Shown: in pieces, positions 61,701 through 64,000 of the stretch
Layout of the letters: the number at the start of each line of letters is the position of its first letter
Numbering within the stretch: the stretch's first letter is position 1
NCBI RefSeq assembly: GCF_963921235.1
Contig: NC_086108.1
Location: 30,690,001-30,754,000 of the forward strand
DNA: 64,000 nt
Source of the DNA: Mobula hypostoma
Taxonomy: Eukaryota
Direction: 5' to 3'
Notes under the pieces: generated by a model
What the model was told of the DNA's origin: nothing
The model's input: only the letters and a program-made list of their open reading frames with translations
The model's database searches: none
Program-made: the position numbers and the translations under genes

Positions 61701-64000
61701 TGGAAATGCAGTCTGCAGGCCTCTTCAAGGTCATGCACAATCCTGGCTGTTATCATCTAGTTTCAACCCTGTGGGTGTACCTTCATCAGAATGACGACAA
61801 TGGCCAAGAGGGTGACTCAGAGGAATTTTGGTGATGGACAATAAAGCCGGCTTTCCAATGATGCCTACACCCTGAGAAGTTAATTTTAAAGAGCTAAAGA
61901 TGTGAAGGCTTTAACATCTGCTTTGGTAACTTTAATCTAAGTATACCGCATATGGTGTTACTAAGGCTGGCCAGCTGGAGGGTGTTGTGGTCAAATATCT
62001 GGTCTGTACTCCAACAGAGGAGTTGTGCTTGACCTTAATTTTTTTTTTAGCTGAACGGTAAGAAATACATCAGTAAAAGTTTCTAATAAGCTGTAGAGAT
62101 CAAATGAAGTTCAGACACAGCTGAGAGGGTGAAGACACAAACGACACCAAGGGGACTGAATTGTGGAGAGTGAAAATTCATGCCTCATTTGTAGACAACA
62201 AATGAAATTAACCCATTTCATGCAGGAAAGATACCAAATAGACAATTTGGCCAACTGCATTGAACTCTATCCATCTGCAACATTGGGTCAGATGTCTCTC
62301 TGTAGTAGCTCAGTCTGATCTTCTGGGTAGTACGTAAACTTCCGCATTTCACAGCTTTTACTTTCTTTTGTTTGTGTTTTCTCACTCTCATATATAGCTC
62401 TTATTAACCTATTAGCCAACTAACTATATTTTTAAAAAAATACCACTGAGACAGCCATGGCCTTGCTCTATCTGCAATATTCCCCTTCTCTAATTCAACA
62501 CTCCACATTCTCCCAAATAGACTTGTTCTTCTATTTTTTTCCATGTTCTGATAAATGGTCTCCAATCTACAACTTTAATTCTGTTTGTCTCTCCACAGAT
62601 GCTGCCTGACATGCTGAGAATTTCCAACGTTGTCTACTTTAGTTTCAGATTTGTACCGTTTCCAGTTTTTCTTAATTTTGATTTTTATTAACCAAAAGGA
62701 ACATAATTGAACAACGCATTATGCTTTCTCCAGTCATCCTGATTGTTCCACTTCCTTAAATGTGTACAAGCTCTTTTCATTACACTTACATTTAAGTATT
62801 TATCGGTCATGCTTCAATATAGAAACATACAGTATCTGCATAATTTTGTCTGAAAGTTTGGCACCAATCTGTGCTAGCAAAGAATTTTCCTTGAAATCCC
62901 ACTTTCATCTCTCTGATTGATGATAAAAGCTCAAACAGCAGTAAAGAAAAGAAAGAATGATTAAATTACCAATTTGATGTAATGCAGGAAAATTGGCTGT
63001 CAGTTTACATCGTAACCTGTACAGTTTGTGGGACATTGCAACACAAATTGGCAACAATATTTTTTCCATTTCAAGTTCAAGTTTAATTATCATTCAACCA
63101 TACATGAATACAGTCGAACAAAACAGTGTTCCTCGAGGACAAAGATGCAAAACTCACTGCCAACAGTCATACACAGCGCAAGACACACATATCAGATAAA
63201 GATCGCAAGTAAAAATACAGCCATGCATAAAAATATATATTATATAGCCCAAGTCCCTGAGTGACACATCCTGTAAATTGATTATGCGTGGACCATCTAA
63301 TAAGTTCTCATCAGCAAGAAAAAGCAGTTCTTGGCAGTCCGCATGTATGCATGCATGCAACGCAGGATGTCATTCCACAGATTGAACACTGGAGGGCAGC
63401 ACTGACAGCAGAGGCCAGACGCCAATCAAGCATGGACGCCATGCCACACCACCTTCAGCGTCTCCTCTCCTGGACTGCAGCAACAGGCAAGCCCCCAGCT
63501 TGAAGCCTAGTCCCCTGCCATCTGTCACACCAATAAAAAAGGGAAACGGACTTGCAGCGGTTTACATTATCAAAAGGTCTTGCGATCACAAAAGCAAAGT
63601 CCAGGACAATCATTTGCTGTTAGACTCCACACTGCCTTCACACACCAACTCCAATGCCTTTAATGCCTTTCTGCAGCAGGCAGTAACACAGTTCGCACTA
63701 AACCTAGCTGCTGATGGGATAGATCTGCACTACTTGAAGTTCTTAATATCCAGCATTGTCTTGGGATATTAAAAAAAATGTCTAAAAAAGCAAAAACAAC
63801 TTTCGTTGGCCCCAAAGCAGTAGCTGCATCTGAACGCATCACCATCTTATCCAGAAGTAGAACTTCACCTTATTACATTTTGTGTTTAACATGCATGACA
63901 GAAAAAATATACTTTGAAAATATTTTATTGTTCTTAATGTGGTTGGTCTATTATGAAGTTGGGGAAGACAATATACAAGTGCATTTTATCTTTAAATTGT

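Overview
This is a eukaryotic, repeat-dominated window with no recognisable intact host gene and no rRNA, tRNA or CRISPR. The repeat mix (abundant CR1 LINEs, Rex1/Babar LINEs, Penelope-like elements, V-SINE/HE1-like SINEs) suggests a cartilaginous fish, probably a ray; this is an inference. Most of the window is nested, decayed transposable elements: several CR1 copies (one near full length), several Rex1 copies (one young and nearly intact), an L1 3' half, Penelope elements with hammerhead-ribozyme motifs, a GalEa-like Copia 5' end, a Chapaev3 transposase relic, Tc1/Tigger-like MITEs and three LTR structures. Highlights: (1) a 2.8-kb non-autonomous two-LTR element whose primer site can pair with its own predicted transcript 5' end, as in Tf1/sushi self-priming; (2) two 100-180 bp fold-back Penelope mini-insertions with 13-bp TSDs, one made of back-to-back hammerhead motifs; (3) a series of minus-strand exon-like unique islands that may be a decayed multi-exon gene (low confidence).
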